The translations under genes and the position numbers were made by a program. The notes below the pieces were generated by a model. It had not been told where the DNA came from. It made no database searches and saw only the letters and a program-made list of their open reading frames with translations. A stretch of 63,857 nt of DNA, filler included, from Octopus bimaculoides (lineage: Eukaryota): assembly GCF_001194135.2 (NCBI RefSeq). It is 5 parts of 5 records of this genome, joined end to end, with 100 filler letters (N's around TTAATTAATTAA, not from the genome) between each part and the next. Parts side by side here need not be neighbours in the genome. Positions count along the whole stretch, not along the records: positions 1 to 22,166 come from NC_068981.1; positions 22,267 to 46,441 come from NC_068997.1; 3 more parts are not named here. One strand, given 5' to 3'. Shown here piece by piece: positions 12,561 to 27,099 of this stretch. Numbering within the stretch: position 1 is the stretch's first letter; each line of letters opens with the position of its first letter.

Positions 12561-13728
12561 TTTTAGTGAAGAAGCAGCATTTGGAAATTGTCTAGCCAAT
12601 TATATTTCTTATGTAGAATGCTTCTATAAATGCTAAGGTGTGTTTCACCACTCCTAGTGGTCTCAGAGAATAACAGACACTAATCCAGAATTTCTAAAAC
12701 ATGACACTGCTACATGGTTGTTTGGTTCTACCACCCATTTGGTTGGTGTTGTTTGTTTTACTATGACCCAACCATGGAACACTGTACAGTCTGCATTCTA
12801 TCAGTAAGCACACATCAGCAACCTGATGCAATATACATATACAGTAGATATAATTATATAAAATCAGGAGGTTTGTGAGTGGAATATATATTTATTTAAC
12901 CACATGACTTCTTTAGGATAAAGATCATTTTGCAACCTTCTTCATCTAGTATTAATTTCAGTATGCAAAGAATTGTGTGTTTGCATTAATGTGTGCTCAG
13001 TATTAAATAATACAATTGCATGTTCACATATTTATGCAAATAAAGCCACCTCATCAGATACTGGAACATCATGGTTATACAATACATGTACACATAAACA
13101 CATACTTGTGTGCATGTTCTGTGCACATGCATATACATGCTAATGTTTATATGTATATGTTTATGTGTGTGTATCTGTATGTAGACATAAATGTATTTAG
13201 TGTCTGTACAACACATCAATATATCTAGCAATCAAGTACTGTATTTCAAAGTCAATTATGCTATTCTCCAGAGAATGTGTTGAGAGTTTTCTTTATAGAG
13301 TAGAAATCTGGATTATGAAGGAGGAGCTTCAATGTTGCCATGATAGAACAGAGACCAAGCATCTCATAGAGCAAAGACAAGACCAAAGAGGCAATTTATG
13401 GACACATTTCACCCATCTCTACAATTTTTGCTCAATGCAGTGCAGGCTTTGGTGGTCATTGTTATTATGGTCAGCAGTACAATGTATCGGGTGTTATGTT
13501 TTGAAGACTTCTGCAACTTAAGTGACAACAAAGACCACTCAGTTACATTGATGTTATTGGCAGAGAGATACAATATGAAACTGAGGATCTACCATAACCA
13601 TTGTGGGAGAAGATAACTGGGATGGATTTTGCAATGTATCCTGGCTGCAACCACTTGAAGAAATACACACACACACATATATATTTAATAGGCAGAAGTT
13701 ACAAAATGACTCTACCAATATATGTGTG

Positions 13729-13812
<84 letters not shown>

Positions 13813-14959
13813 CTGTAGTGTTAACAGGCATAAATTTGGTATTATTCCTATTTGTTTTCACTTAATTCTTTACTTTTGTTTAAGTGTATGAAAACTTCTT
13901 GTTCTTTTATCTAGAGTATTTTTCTTCATTGTACATATTCTTTGGTTGCTATTTTGCTTCATATTTCTGTGCTTTTTCCAGTGTTTTACCAGCATAACTT
14001 TATATATTCTTAATTTTCTTTGTCTCCTCCCTATTTTATTATCTTCCTATTATTAAATACTATAATACACACATATGTCTACATCTATGTACATGGTATT
14101 AATAATGACAAAACCTTGACGCTATCAACTACCTCACCTCTCCTCAAAATTGCTAAATCAGAATTATTGGTGCATTGGACAAAATGCTTAGTAGCATTTG
14201 TTCTGGCTTATGTTCTGAGTTCAAATTCTGTCAAAGTCAACTTTGTCTTTCAACCTTTCTAAGTCAATAAAATATGTACCAGTTGAGAACTGTGTGTTAA
14301 TGTTGTTGACTTAACCTCTACTCCTAAAATTGCCGAGTGCCAAAATTTAAAACCACTACATCCTATGTTTAAATACTGCCAAAGTCAACTTTGCCTTTCA
14401 TCCTTTAGGATTCGATAAAATAAGTGCCAGTTGTGCACTGGGGTCAATATCATCAACTAACCCCCTTCCTGAAATTTCAGGCCTTGTGCCTATAGTAGGA
14501 AGGATTATTATTAAGATGGTAATGACTTGGCAAAAATCAGTTGACCAGTGGATAAAATTCCTGGCAATATTTAGTTATAACTCTTTTATGATTTTAAGTT
14601 CAAATCCTGTCATGGTTGATTGGCTTTCATCTTCTGGAACATATAAACTAAAGCACTAGCCAAGTGCTAGAGATTATATATTCCTTTCCACACTATACAT
14701 GTATGACTTCAAATCAAAGTTGTTAATCATTATAAATAAAAAGGCAATGGAGTAACTGTATTACCAGTCAAATGTCCAATAGTCTTTTAATTCGTCTCAG
14801 TACATTGTGGGTATAGCTCACAACAGAGCTTTCTTTAATTTTTTATCTCTCCAGGGTTAATGAGCTAGGACTGTCAGTATAATGGCATCTATTCAGTCAA
14901 AAACCACCTCTCCTACAAATTTAGAGCCATCTAAAAATATAAGAAATTAGATTAGGAGC

Positions 14960-15308
14960 AGGCATGGTTGTGTGGTAGAAAGCTTCCTTCCCAACCACAT
15001 GGTTCTGGGTACAGGTCCACTGTGTAGCAGTGTGGGTAAGTATCTCCTACCATAGCCTTGAGTCAATTTGGTACACAGACACTGAAAGAAGCCAGTCATG
15101 TGTGTGTGTGTGAGTGCATATGTGTGTTTGCTCCCTACCATTGCTTGAAAAACAGTGCTTGTGCATTTACATCCCCATAACTTAGCAGCTTGGCAAAAAA
15201 AAAGAAAAACGATAAAATATCAGGCTTATGGGTTGATTCCTTGGACTGAAAATTCTTCAAGGTGGTGTCCCAGCATGGCCGCAGTCTAATGACTGAAACA
15301 AGTAAAAG
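14960..15308 (+). mobile_element. tRNA-head SINE, near full length
   Basis: GCAGGCATGGTTGTGTGGTAGAAAGCTTCCTTCCCAACCACATGGTT head, internal (TG)n, and tail CAGCATGGCCGCAGTCTAATGACTGAAACAAGTAAAAG. Confidence 0.8.
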
Positions 15309-16518
15309 AAATTTGTTATTCTACCTTGTGTTAGTTTATTGTACATTCTTTACATTCCAGCTAATGTCGACTTTTCCTTCCAACCCTCCAGAGGCCATCA
15401 AATTAAAATTCATATAGTAGAGCCAATTAAAACAATTTTTTTTCATGTATAGCCTTGTGCTAAAGTTAGAAACCACTATTATTATTAGCATTGTTGTTTT
15501 GCCAAAGACTGGGTCCATGAATTTACTTGCAACAGATTCCTGACAATAACGTCTGCTTAACCCTTTGCCTGCCCAAAACGTTTTCATAAATTTGTCCTAA
15601 ACATCCATGCTTGTTTGCAGACTTTCTTTTAGTTAGCACTTATTTTATGTTCTGAATGATATAAAGCTTTCCTTTCTAAAGTCCCAAGTTATGGTGTGTG
15701 AAAAAATTGGGAATGTGTACCATGTAAGATATAAGGAATGCCTGGGAAATATATCCAGTGTATTGCACGTAATACACAGGGTAGGCAAAGGGCTAAGAGA
15801 CGACAAAAGAGATTCTGCGTCAGTAGTGTAATTCTTAAGTGGTCCCTGGATTAATATTAGGACTTGTCATCATGTGTACATGCATTTGCTTATTTTAATT
15901 GCTTTCCAGTAGGTTGCATAATTTCATGCTCAACTGGATTGGTTAACTTTTTGATTTAATTTCATTGACTTTTATGCTCAAGTGGTCCATAAAAATATTC
16001 AGTAAAATAATTGGCAACCTCTGCTTTACATAGTTGCTGGTTCTGCAAGAATTAGAACCTAAAAATCTCCCTCAAACACACCCTATCATCTTACATCGGA
16101 TGATATAGTCCTAGATATATGATCTGGAAAAAAAAAGGGGGGGGAGTGGGTGGAAGTGTCACGGCTGGAACGCCATTGATCATAATCTACTTGAGGAGAG
16201 CTGACCTGAAACCAAACAACGTCTGCTAATTCTCTCTTGCCCATCTTTAAGCAGCAACTAGGCCACCTAGAATAAAATCCTCGATTTGCTGTTAGAATAT
16301 GTATATGAATACAACACATCAATCGTTTCAAACACCCAAAAGTTACAAAAAATTCTTTTGGGTGATATCGAATAAAATATGGCAGAATTCTTTGACAGTA
16401 GTCCGAAAAGGAGAAGAAAACGTTTCGTCCTTAAGGGTGTTAGTGCCATAAACATGAAGTTCATTTCAATTGTGAAGAGAAAATGAGTGCTTTCACGTGT
16501 TTCTGTATTATATACATG

Positions 16519-17203
16519 GGTGCTTCTTTAGAAGCGCACCTCTCCAAGAAAATGACGTCTAATTTCTAAAAAAAAAAAATAATGAAAATGGGATATATAT
16601 CTAAAATAAATGAAGTATGCAAAAAAAATTGAGAAGATTCATCTATTTTTAAATATTTTATATACTAAAAAATAAAACACGGAAAACTGGCACTTGCGAA
16701 TATAAACAAACATGTCGGACGATACAAGTGGTGGTAACTTTTATCAGATATTATTAATGATACGAGGGCCACGACAATAATTCTTGATAGTTTTTAATCA
16801 GATCTTTTACTGCTCACACAGGTTAGGGTTAGTTTTAGGGTTAGGTGGTGTGCACTCGCTTTCCCGTTCAGGCACAAAATTTGACAGAATAGTATATATA
16901 TATATATATTAGTTATAAACTGACTTTTAAGAAAAATATTGTGAAACGGTCTTCTTACAATTCGCAGACGATTGTATTACCAATATCTGACTGGTAAAAG
17001 AAAGTTATCGTCCAACATGTTTGTTTATATTCGCGAGTGGCCGTTTTCTGTATTTTATTTTTTAGTATAAAATATTTAAAAACAGACGAATCTTCCTAAT
17101 TTTTTTGCATACTTAATTTATTTTGGATATATTTCCCATTTACGTAACTTTTTTGACAAGTAAGCGTCATTTTCTTAGAGAGGTGCGCTTCTAAAGAAGC
17201 GCC
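16519..17203. mobile_element. 685-bp foldback MITE with ~235-bp arms, GG termini and 8-bp TSD (Merlin-like)
   Basis: Termini GG(T/C)GCTTCTTTAGAAGCGCACCTCT. TATACATG is duplicated at 16511-16518 and 17204-17211. Arms ~16519-16755 and ~16982-17203. Confidence 0.85.
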
Positions 17204-19914
17204 TATACATGAATTAAAAGAAAAAAAAGGGGACACAGTATTTGCTTTGTAGTGAGTGTTCCAATGAGAAACTGAAATTAAGTTAGAGAAACTAAGTTTT
17301 AGATTTATGGAACAGAGGAAAGTTTACTAGTAACGCTCATTCCTATTTCAGATGACATTAGAAGTGAGAAGAGAACTAGCATCCTATGGGGAAATGAAAA
17401 CGCAACTCGTATCACTTAGCTTACCTATAGACTTCACAGATACACAAACACATTAGATGCTTACAGCACCTGGGTTTTCCAAGTCATCCATTTGAGAACC
17501 AGGTCTGATATTTCTTTAGTTCGCAAAAAAGGTTAAGAAGAGGAATTTTCAACATTTAATAACATCAATATTTTCTCATTCAGGAAATGTTAATACAATT
17601 TCAGTTAAAGTACCTTTAATATTAACTCTACAGCGCAGTATTTATTCTTTGTATAATTTGTAACATCATCATATATCCTCAAAAAGGAAAATATGCTAGG
17701 ATACATTTCAAAACATTAGCAAAATAATAATAATAATAATAAATCACCACTTAACATAAAACTGTGTCCATGAAGGCAGTTACGAGCAAACTACAGCCTG
17801 TAGAACTTTCTGAATGGCACGCCAACGAAAAATTACCTTGAATTTTTGCTTAGTAGTGCGGCCCTCTTCACGTAAAGAGGTTGCCAATACCTCTATTAAA
17901 GTATGGTGAAATTTTGGCAACGAATACTTACAGCAAATATTTGTAGCCTTTCGGAAATTCTATCCATTTCGCACGTTATTTTGTAGTCGACCCCTAAGTC
18001 TCGTCTATATCACATGATAGGTCTAGCTTCACGCGAGAGTTGATGTCAAGTGTAATGGCGTCCGCTCTTTTGACACAACTTTTTCGTTATATCGAGTCCG
18101 ATGTTGTTTGTAACCATAGCTGCATTTTGAAATCATTAGGTAGTACAGTGCAACTCTAAACGGGACCGATTTGTAATAAGCAACGCGCTAATTGACATCT
18201 TCGAGCTGTATCTGTCATGGGGACAAGGATAAGTTACATTAACACGTGAGACTTAGCAAACAAGTAAGTGCAGTTTCATATATTGACAAAAGGTTTTTCT
18301 TCTGTTTCTCTCTCTTTCTGTCTGTATCTCTTTAACATTCATCTGATTAACTCCTTACCTTTGAATATACGTACATTATTTTAATTTTTTTCTTTTTTTT
18401 TTTGATACCTCAGAAAATTTTAGCCACAGAAATTATCAGAATGTCAAGATGTTTAACTGTTTCGATTAGGCGTTGTCATTTACTTAACGTAGTAAGTCGT
18501 TTTCTTTCTGATTTTGACGGAGATAGAAAAAATGGTCTGTAAAGGTAAACCAGTTATGAACGTAAGGAAATTCTCTATGAAATAAAGCACCTTTCAACGA
18601 TGTTAAAGGTTGGACAGTACAGAAAAAGAATCAACATTGAGACTGAAGTGTTATATAACGTGTGTATATGTACTCCGCTTGTTTTATATTAAAACGTCAT
18701 TATTTTGCCTGTATCTTAATGTTTTGTTAAAATATCAGAAAGCAAATCCATGAAAGTTGCCATACATTCATTTATAGTTGAGGCTATGAAGTTGTCTGCA
18801 CCTGTCCGTGATACCGACCAATTTATAAACGATTTAAGTTACGGGATAATGTACAATGATGTTATATTCTCGTTTATAGGTTAAATAACTTACACAGAGC
18901 AAACTTTGCTTTTCGTTTCCGCTGTCGATAAAATAAAGTACCGGTGAGGTACTGGGACGGATTGGTTATCGATTAATTCTTTCCCTCCATATTTCAGGCC
19001 TGTTGTCTATGTTTGAGACATAAGTTTAGAGCTTTAATAATTTACTTAGGTGGGATAATGTAATTGTTATTTACTTAGCAACACCTGTGTGTGTGTGTGT
19101 GTGTGTGTATCCATCCATCCATCCACACACACACATCCTTTGAAAGTGATCCATTTAAGTATGGTTTTATAAATTTGAGTGTTTTGTCGTTGCACTGCTT
19201 TTGCACTTGCTGCTATACGAGTGCGATAAAAATGTGAATAACGACATACCTAATTCGAATGATTTTTCATATTTCTCTTCGATCTCAATTAAGGTAGATA
19301 TAATTACGGGAAAGTTACGAATGGGGGCGGTTGTTTATTCAGAAACTCCACTTGATTACGCTTACCTGATGCATACAGTCATTCAATCTCGACTTTAAAC
19401 TGATAATTTAAAGACTAATGTAAATAGAGTTAGACTTCTTTCGTTATTCAAGATTTAAACCCAGGATTTTCAGCATTGTATGTTTGTGTTGTTTATTCCC
19501 TTCGATCTGATTGAATAGGCTTATCAAAGGCATCCCAGTCGATACGAGCGACATTTTTTAAAACACTAGGATGTGATTTGAGGACTATATCTAAAGGTTC
19601 AGTGACCTCATAAATCCCCTCGTTTGCTCCTATGGTTGTATTGAAGGTTCTAATTCGAATTTATAATTTAAAAAAAAATTAAAAACTGACGGGAGGTAAC
19701 TCTGAAAAGTATGCATCAGTTAAACTGCTGATGGCAAACTAATGAATGTACACATAATATAATAATGAATGCATGTATCACGAAAGAAATGTCGAATTGC
19801 GATAGACTTACCGACTTTTGGACAGCCAAATTGGCAAAGGCTTTTAAGAATAATGCAAAACGAAAGTGTTATCCTTACTCCAAAAGCTGTATGCTCACTA
19901 GTTTTGTAGCAAAT

Positions 19915-20285
19915 ATTCTTTCTTTCACTTGTTTCAGTCATTGGTTTGCGGCCATGCAGGAGCACCGCTTTAAAGGGTTTTTAGTCAAATAAATTGACTC
20001 TAATACTTATTTTTTAAGTTGGGTACTTATTCTATGCGTCTCTTTTGCTGAACCGCCACGTTTCGAGGGTGTAAACAAACCAACACCTGTTGTTAAGCGG
20101 TGTGAAAAGGACAGGCAAAGAGATACACAGATAGTTTCTGTGTACCAAATCCACTGCAAGCTATTGGTCGATCCAAGGCTACAGTTGAAGACACTTGCCC
20201 ACGGTGCCGCGTAGTGGGACTGAACCCGAAATTGTGTGATTGCACAACGCTCTTTTTAACTACACCGCCATGCCTGCACCTATTG
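19915..20285 (-). mobile_element. tRNA-head SINE
   Basis: Reverse-complement copy of the 14960 family (CTTTCACTTGTTTCAGTCATT ... GTGGGACTGAACCCG ... CGCCATGCCTGC). Confidence 0.75.
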
Positions 20286-22210
20286 TTTGTTTTGGAATTT
20301 TACTCTTGTCTGAAATTTTCAAAATTATCATTTAACGGGCCAATTGAAATGGCATGACAACATCAAAAGCAGGTGATGCATAATAAAATCGAAAAATTAT
20401 TTGTGCTCATTTGTAATCAGCATGGCCGAAAATAAAATTTCGCATTCGGTCCTTAACTCCGTCGTATTCTAAAATGTCCAGTTCTGTATATCCACTTAGC
20501 ACGATTTGCTAACTGGATATTCATGATCAACGTCTCGATTATGTCAAGGTTTTGTAATCTAATGCGCATAATGTTGCCAACCACTCGTTCAACTCTGAGC
20601 TGGAAAGGAGTAGCTACATTCATATGATGGGCAGATGTGTCAAACCTGAGTGTACGAGATAGAGGACCGTAGATTGATCTATTAGGCCCTTCTTTGATGC
20701 ATGTAAAACAAGAGCTACAGTCTAAAAATGAAAACTAATGATCTAATTTGATGCTATCGCCTGATAAACTGTTACACTTCACTGAGAACTACTACAAGAT
20801 ACAAAAACAGTTCAAACGTTTTCTTACAACCAGCAAAATTTTTGTTGTAATGTGTAGATCCGGGAGTATAGTTTTAGATCAAGGAATTTGAATTTTCCAC
20901 AATAAAAGTTAAATTAATTTGCCTTTTACACTGTATAAAGGATAGATTAATTATTAAAGAATGAAAGCTTTATAAACAATTTGAAAGTTTTATTTATATG
21001 TCGATTTCTCTCTCTCTCTCTCTCTTTTTTTTAATTTTCAGAGTTAACATCTGTTAAGTATTTTTCTATTTCAAGATTATAATAGTATTAAATGAGTTGA
21101 AAGGTGTTTTAAATACATTGGTGTGTAAAATTCACAGTGATAGAAAAAATTCCTAATTAATTTAGAAGTAACCATTCGCGTACCTTCTTTTAAAGAGTTC
21201 CATCCATACATCGCTTGTCTGATGCATAAGTACATTTTCCTGTGCGGAATGGTCTTGTCCGATTAACTACCCACTATTAATTAACAGATCCATCCAGTCC
21301 CAGGTTTTAGATGAACGATAATTGTTATTCATTGTTTGTAATAAAATTATTTATTTTTATAACATGGATCACCTCGTCAAGTCTCGGTGTAATTATATTT
21401 GTATAAGACGGTTAAACTTATTCATGTTGAATTCACATATGAAGTAGAATATCACCTGCTATTTACCAGTGTCTTGTTTAGGTCGATGCTATAGAATAAG
21501 GGGATAGGTACCAGTCTTAACTGTAGTGCTTCGTGGAATACAGCAAATTAAAATTGGTAGTTTAAAATGTTTTTGTTTGTTTGTTTTTTTTTTATACGAG
21601 AGGATACAGTTGCTTAGTGTTTTATTTATTTACCGTTATCAAATAGATTGAAAGCAATACCGGATATAACGTTTTCTCGTGTTTTATTTACCTACGTAAC
21701 AATTAACAATTAGACTTGTCGTCATAACGCCATGTCTCGATTCTGCAACGTTGTGACGACATTTACTATCACGATTATATTTAACATCTCTTCACTACGT
21801 CATTGATGATTATGTCCTGTCTTACCAACACGTCACATTTGTCCGCTGGACATAGTCTTTAGGTCTCTGCTACCACATCTATCACAGTTTACTTTTATTG
21901 TTGCCTGCTGTTTGTTTCCTGACATTCGATATTGTGTTTTAAAACGGCGATTACAGAATATTTTATCTAACCTTTAAGCTGCAGCAGAAAATATTGATAT
22001 TGTTATTTATACGTTAACAGATGCCCCTGGATAAAGATTTGTCTATTACAACATTCGATTTCCTCTTTATAAAATTGAAACTTGCCTGATCTAGAGAAAT
22101 CTTTAATTTTCCTTTCGATTTTCAATTGTTTTACTGTTCGCACTTGGAGTATATATATATATATATNNNNNNNNNNNNNNNNNNNNNNNNNNNNNNNNNN
22201 NNNNNNNNNN

Positions 22211-22222
22211 TTAATTAATTAA
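22211..22222. other. Assembly padding TTAATTAATTAA inside N gaps (also ~46486, ~50583, ~61469)
   Basis: The identical 12-mer, with stops in all six frames, is embedded between N runs four times. Confidence 0.9.
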
Positions 22223-22390
22223 NNNNNNNNNNNNNNNNNNNNNNNNNNNNNNNNNNNNNNNNNNNNATCACAAAGGTGGATTATTATTTGCTGATAAAAT
22301 GGTGGTTCAGAAGTCTGAACTACCATAATGGTTTTCTGTTTGAGCTATTTTTGTTTGTTTGTGTGTGTCAAAAATAATACGATGCATACA

Positions 22391-22426
<36 letters not shown>

Positions 22427-22506
22427 CACACATGTATATATATGTATGTATATGTGTATATATATATATGTGTGTGTGTGTATGTATATGTATGTATGTA
22501 TGTTTG

Positions 22507-22537
<31 letters not shown>

Positions 22538-24242
22538 TTATGTATGTATTATGTATGTATGTATGTGTGTATATATGTATGTTTGTATGCATGTATGTAT
22601 GTGTGTGTGTCTCTGATTTTCCCCACTTTCACCGCTTCACAACCGGTCTGGATGTGTTTATGTCCCCGTAACATAGTGGTGCGGCAAAAGAAATCGATGG
22701 AATAAGTACCCGACTTTTAAAAAATTACTGGGATGGATATATTCCACTATAAATTCTTCAAAGAGATGCCCCAGCATGTCTGCAGTCTAATGGCTGACAC
22801 AAGCAGAAGACAAAAGATATATGTACACATAACACAAACACACACACATACACACACACACACACAAACACACACATACATATACACACACACACTTACA
22901 TACATACTTACACACGCACTCACATACATATAGTGAGAATTTCTGTACGTGTACACTCAGGAAACTTAGGAAATTACAGTTCCAGTAAAAATATCTCTTT
23001 AACCAATATTTCTTACCCTGAAGAGATAATGTGAAACGTTACTCAACGTGAGCAAAGGCATTTTTATGTCCTCTCAGATTAAATTCAAGCAGGCCCTGGC
23101 CGATGTATGGTGTAGTACTTGGTTTATTGAGCAAAACAAAAGGTATAGTGATATCAGCTTGATTTTTTAGAACCGGAGTTGGTGAGATACATTAAGCAAG
23201 GATTATGCGATTTGTGCCGATTTTAAGTTTAGTCCCGCAGTAAATGGTGTAGTGCAGTAGAAAAGTAAAAATCAGGGGCACAGATATTGGCATAGACCCA
23301 ACGACACGCAAAATTTTAGTTCAACACGGGTAACATGCTACAATATATACGAAATAGTTCGGCATGTGCTGTATGAGGAGGAAGTGGTATTGCTAAAATG
23401 CAGAAGCCATGTAAACTATAGGGTATTAATGAAAATCTAAAATCTGTTACTCAACTACTTTAAATGAAATCTTGAATAAAGTTCTGAGTATTGTTAGCTA
23501 TCATTTCTGTAAACGTAACATGTAAACGTCAGTTCTGTAACATATTAAAATCGGATGAGGAGGTAGTTTGTATAACAATCTAAAGCATGCCGTTTATCAT
23601 AGGGACAGGTGTAAAGCGATGTTTTACCTTTGCCAAGAAAACTAATGAGTTTTTTCATAATTTATTTCAAAAACCACAAACTGCATTGAAAATTATTAAT
23701 GAGTGGCCTAATAAGAATAATGCTTATTTTTGTAATATCATGTCAAATTATAATTATTTCATTTATATATGACATAAAATTAATCATATTTACGTGACAA
23801 AAAATCCAGGTATTGCATTGAGAGAGAAAGAAAAAGAACAATTAACTTTTTTGATAACTTCTAACTTCGATGAAACTTTCAATAAACTGTTTTCTTCAGT
23901 TTACTAATATTATTGCTGAACATGAAAATTCATGTGAATCAGCTGATGATTAAAATGGATTTATTCAGACACTAAATTTTTATTCTTTTACTTGTATCAA
24001 ATACTGAACTGCGATCATAACGAGTCACAACCTTAAAGGGTTTAGTTAATCAAATTGACCCCAGTCAATTCGTTTCAACACTCTCGTTTCAATAATCTCT
24101 TTATTCGTTCCAATACTCTCTTTAAATTTAGTACTTTTTTATCGGTATCTTCAGTCGAAACGCTAGGTTATGGGAAAGCAAACAAACCAACAACGTTTGT
24201 CGAACAGTAACGTGTCAAATACAGAGAAAGAGAGAGAGAGAA

Positions 24243-24309
<67 letters not shown>

Positions 24310-24649
24310 CGCACCTGTGTATATTTTTATTGTTTTATTTGTTTCAATCATTGAATAACTTAATTTCGGCTTCAGCTCCAATGCACACAGTAGGTTTGGC
24401 AAACGTCTCCAACTATAGCCCCCAGGCTAAGCAATGCCTTGTGAGATAATTTGGTAAATGGAAAATGTGGTAGTCCGTCGTGTCTATAAGTGTGTGTGCC
24501 TGAGGTGGGTCGTGTATCTTTGTTTGTTTCCTCTTCCTACAACTTGAAACCAGAATTGATTTTTAATTTTAAGCTTCCGTGTCTTAGCGGTACCAGACAT
24601 AAAATAAGTTCTGGGGCAACTTCTTCAATTAAATTCTCCAAAGTTAAGC

Positions 24650-24905
24650 AGTTGTGTTCGATGAAAAATGTAGCGGTGGTACCAATAATTGTCGGAGCCC
24701 TGGGAACAGTGAGCAAAAATCTCGAGAAGTACGTGAGGCAAATAGGGGCTGCAATAAGGGTGGAGCACTTGCAGAAAACAGCACTGCTCGGAACCGCTCG
24801 AAGGTGCTCGAAAAATAAGAGGTGTTACCTTAGTTCACTGGGAGTGAAAAGCTGACATTGTAGTACATCTCCAGCGTTAGGAGCTGTGCAAAGGCAATAA
24901 TAATA
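24650..24905 (+). mobile_element. R4/Dong LINE 3' end fragment
   Basis: KNVAVVPIIVGALGTVSKNLEKYVRQIGAAIRVEHLQKTALLGTAR matches the C-terminus of R4-clade REL ORFs. A short (TAA)n tail follows. Confidence 0.8.
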
Positions 24906-25039
24906 GCAAAAAAAAAAAAAAACAGAAGAGTGCCATTGTTATCAAGTGAACGATATTTCTACATCTTTCGTGTGTCTTCCACAGGATGTCGAATTGTCGT
25001 TCACTTGATAACAATGGTACTCTTCATTTTTTTGCTCTC

Positions 25040-25078
<39 letters not shown>

Positions 25079-25304
25079 TAGAATAATAATAATGGTTTCA
25101 GATTCTTCCACAAGGGCAGCGATTTGTGGGGAGGAGATGAGTCGATTACATCGACCCCAGTACTCAAGGTCTTATATCGATTTTGCAGAATCTTTAGCTC
25201 CAATGCGTTGTCGGATCACTGATATTTTTCGAGCCAGTGTGGTCAATTTGGTCAACACACATTAAATTAAGTTTTAAATTTTTAATTTACTTCAGTAATT
25301 GTGG

Positions 25305-25715
25305 GCGCAGGCGTGGCTGTGTAGTAAGAAGTTTGCTTCTTAACCACATGGTCCCGGGTTCCGTTCCACTGCGTGGCAACCTGGGCAACTGTCTTCTAGT
25401 ATAGCCTCGGGCAGTTGGGAGGGAAAGGAACAAACACAAAAATACACACACATATATGTGTGTGTATATGTCTGTGTGTGTGTGTGTGTGTGTTTGTTTG
25501 TGAATGTGTGCATTTGTGTTTCACTTCTCACTGCTTGACAACCGCTGTTGGTTTGTTTGCTCTCCCATAAATAAGTCGTGCGACTAAAGACGGAGAGATT
25601 AAATACCGGACTTTAATAACAATATTGAAAGAAAAACATATTGAGCTCGTCGATTAAACCTTTCAAGGTGATGCCCCAGCCTGACCGCAGTTCAGTTACT
25701 GAAACAAGTAAAAGA
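25305..25715 (+). mobile_element. tRNA-head SINE
   Basis: GGCGCAGGCGTGGCTGTGTAGTAAGAAGTTTGCTTC head, GGGTTCCGTTCC B-box-like, and standard tail. Confidence 0.75.
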
Positions 25716-27099
25716 ATGAAAATATAATCCATTTTAATCATAAATTGAGTCGCATAAATTTCCGTGTTCAGCAATAATATTAGTAAACTGAAGGAAAAAG
25801 TTTTTACTGAAAGTTTTAATTAAGTTAGAAGTTATCAAAACGCAAATTGTTCTTTTTCTTTCTCTCTCAATGCAATACCTGGATTTTTTGTCACGTAAAT
25901 ATGATTAATTTTATGTCATAAATAAATGAAATAATTATAATTTGACATAATATCACACAAATATACAGTTTTCTTATAAAACCGAGCATTAATAATTTTC
26001 AATGTTGCTTGTGATTTTTGAAACAAATTATGAAAAAAACTCATTAGTTTTCTTGGCAAAAGTAAAACATCGCTTAACACCTGTCCCTATGATAAACGGT
26101 ATACTTTAGATTGTTATACAAACTACCTCCTCATCCGATTTTAATATGTTGCAGAACTGACGTTTACGTGTTACGTTTACACAAATACTCGGTACTTTAC
26201 TCATGGTTTCGTTTAAAATAGTATGTTTAACAAAGACACGTCTACCTGAGGGAAAATTCTATGAGTGTAAATGGAAATAATAACATTTGCAGTTGGGTGT
26301 ATCATTTTTTTTTTGTTTTATATTTGTGCAACAATATATCCTACGTCTATTTATTAATTTTTAATCATTTCTGGGAGTTTCGAACGTGGATATCTGCTCG
26401 AGATCAGATATTTATACTCGAATCTGCGAGAAGTCTAGAAAGAAACTTTAGGGAGAGTCGAGAAGCAGACGGACTTCAAAGAAGAAACCCCTATCTCCGC
26501 GCCATGCAAGTGTTTCGGCCCTTTACTTCTTATATTCTGAAGGGTCACGTTAATTATTAGATTCTCCCTGCTCGTCGTGTACCACATGAATAAATATCTT
26601 TCCCGAGTTTTCCTTTAACGGAATGGGATTCATAATCGGTCCACATACTCATGAAATAACCTTAAATTTAGTTCACCTTAAAGGCATCAATCTTCAAAGT
26701 TGCTTGGGATATAGATACCACGTGTCCTGCCTGTAAGAGTACCGAAAGTGATTATGTTTTTGTAGCAATCCAAGATATATATATATTTCGTCTACAGGTG
26801 AATGTATGCTGAATTTATAGTGCAATGTGGTTTTGGCAATATCACACCGTACATTCACCTACTGCTTTATTATTTGATGCCAATTCGTAATTAAATTTTG
26901 GCTCGGATGAAATTCTTACACTAAATCAGTAAAATCACTTGATTCGTCCAAAACTACTTATTAGAATATATTGTATTTGTTGGTATAAGAAATGCAATTT
27001 TAGCAGCACATAATTAGGGAAAAGGTGATATTCAGGAACAAAATTAGCTTCGGGTGATGGGGAGTTACACCTTCGCATATAGGACTCAGAGTGATATTT

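Larger units (their letters stand above)
23485..26190. repeat. Pair of ~570-bp inverted repeats (23485-24060 and 25630-26190)
   Basis: Long colinear reverse-complement match, e.g. ACGTGACAAAAAATCCAGGTATTGCATTGAGAGAGAAAGAAAAAGAACAATT vs AATTGTTCTTTTTCTTTCTCTCTCAATGCAATACCTGGATTTTTTGTCACGT. Confidence 0.85.

Noticed and set aside
22211-22222. Recurring TTAATTAATTAA as a biological motif
   Set aside because: It is always embedded in N runs, so it is assembly padding.
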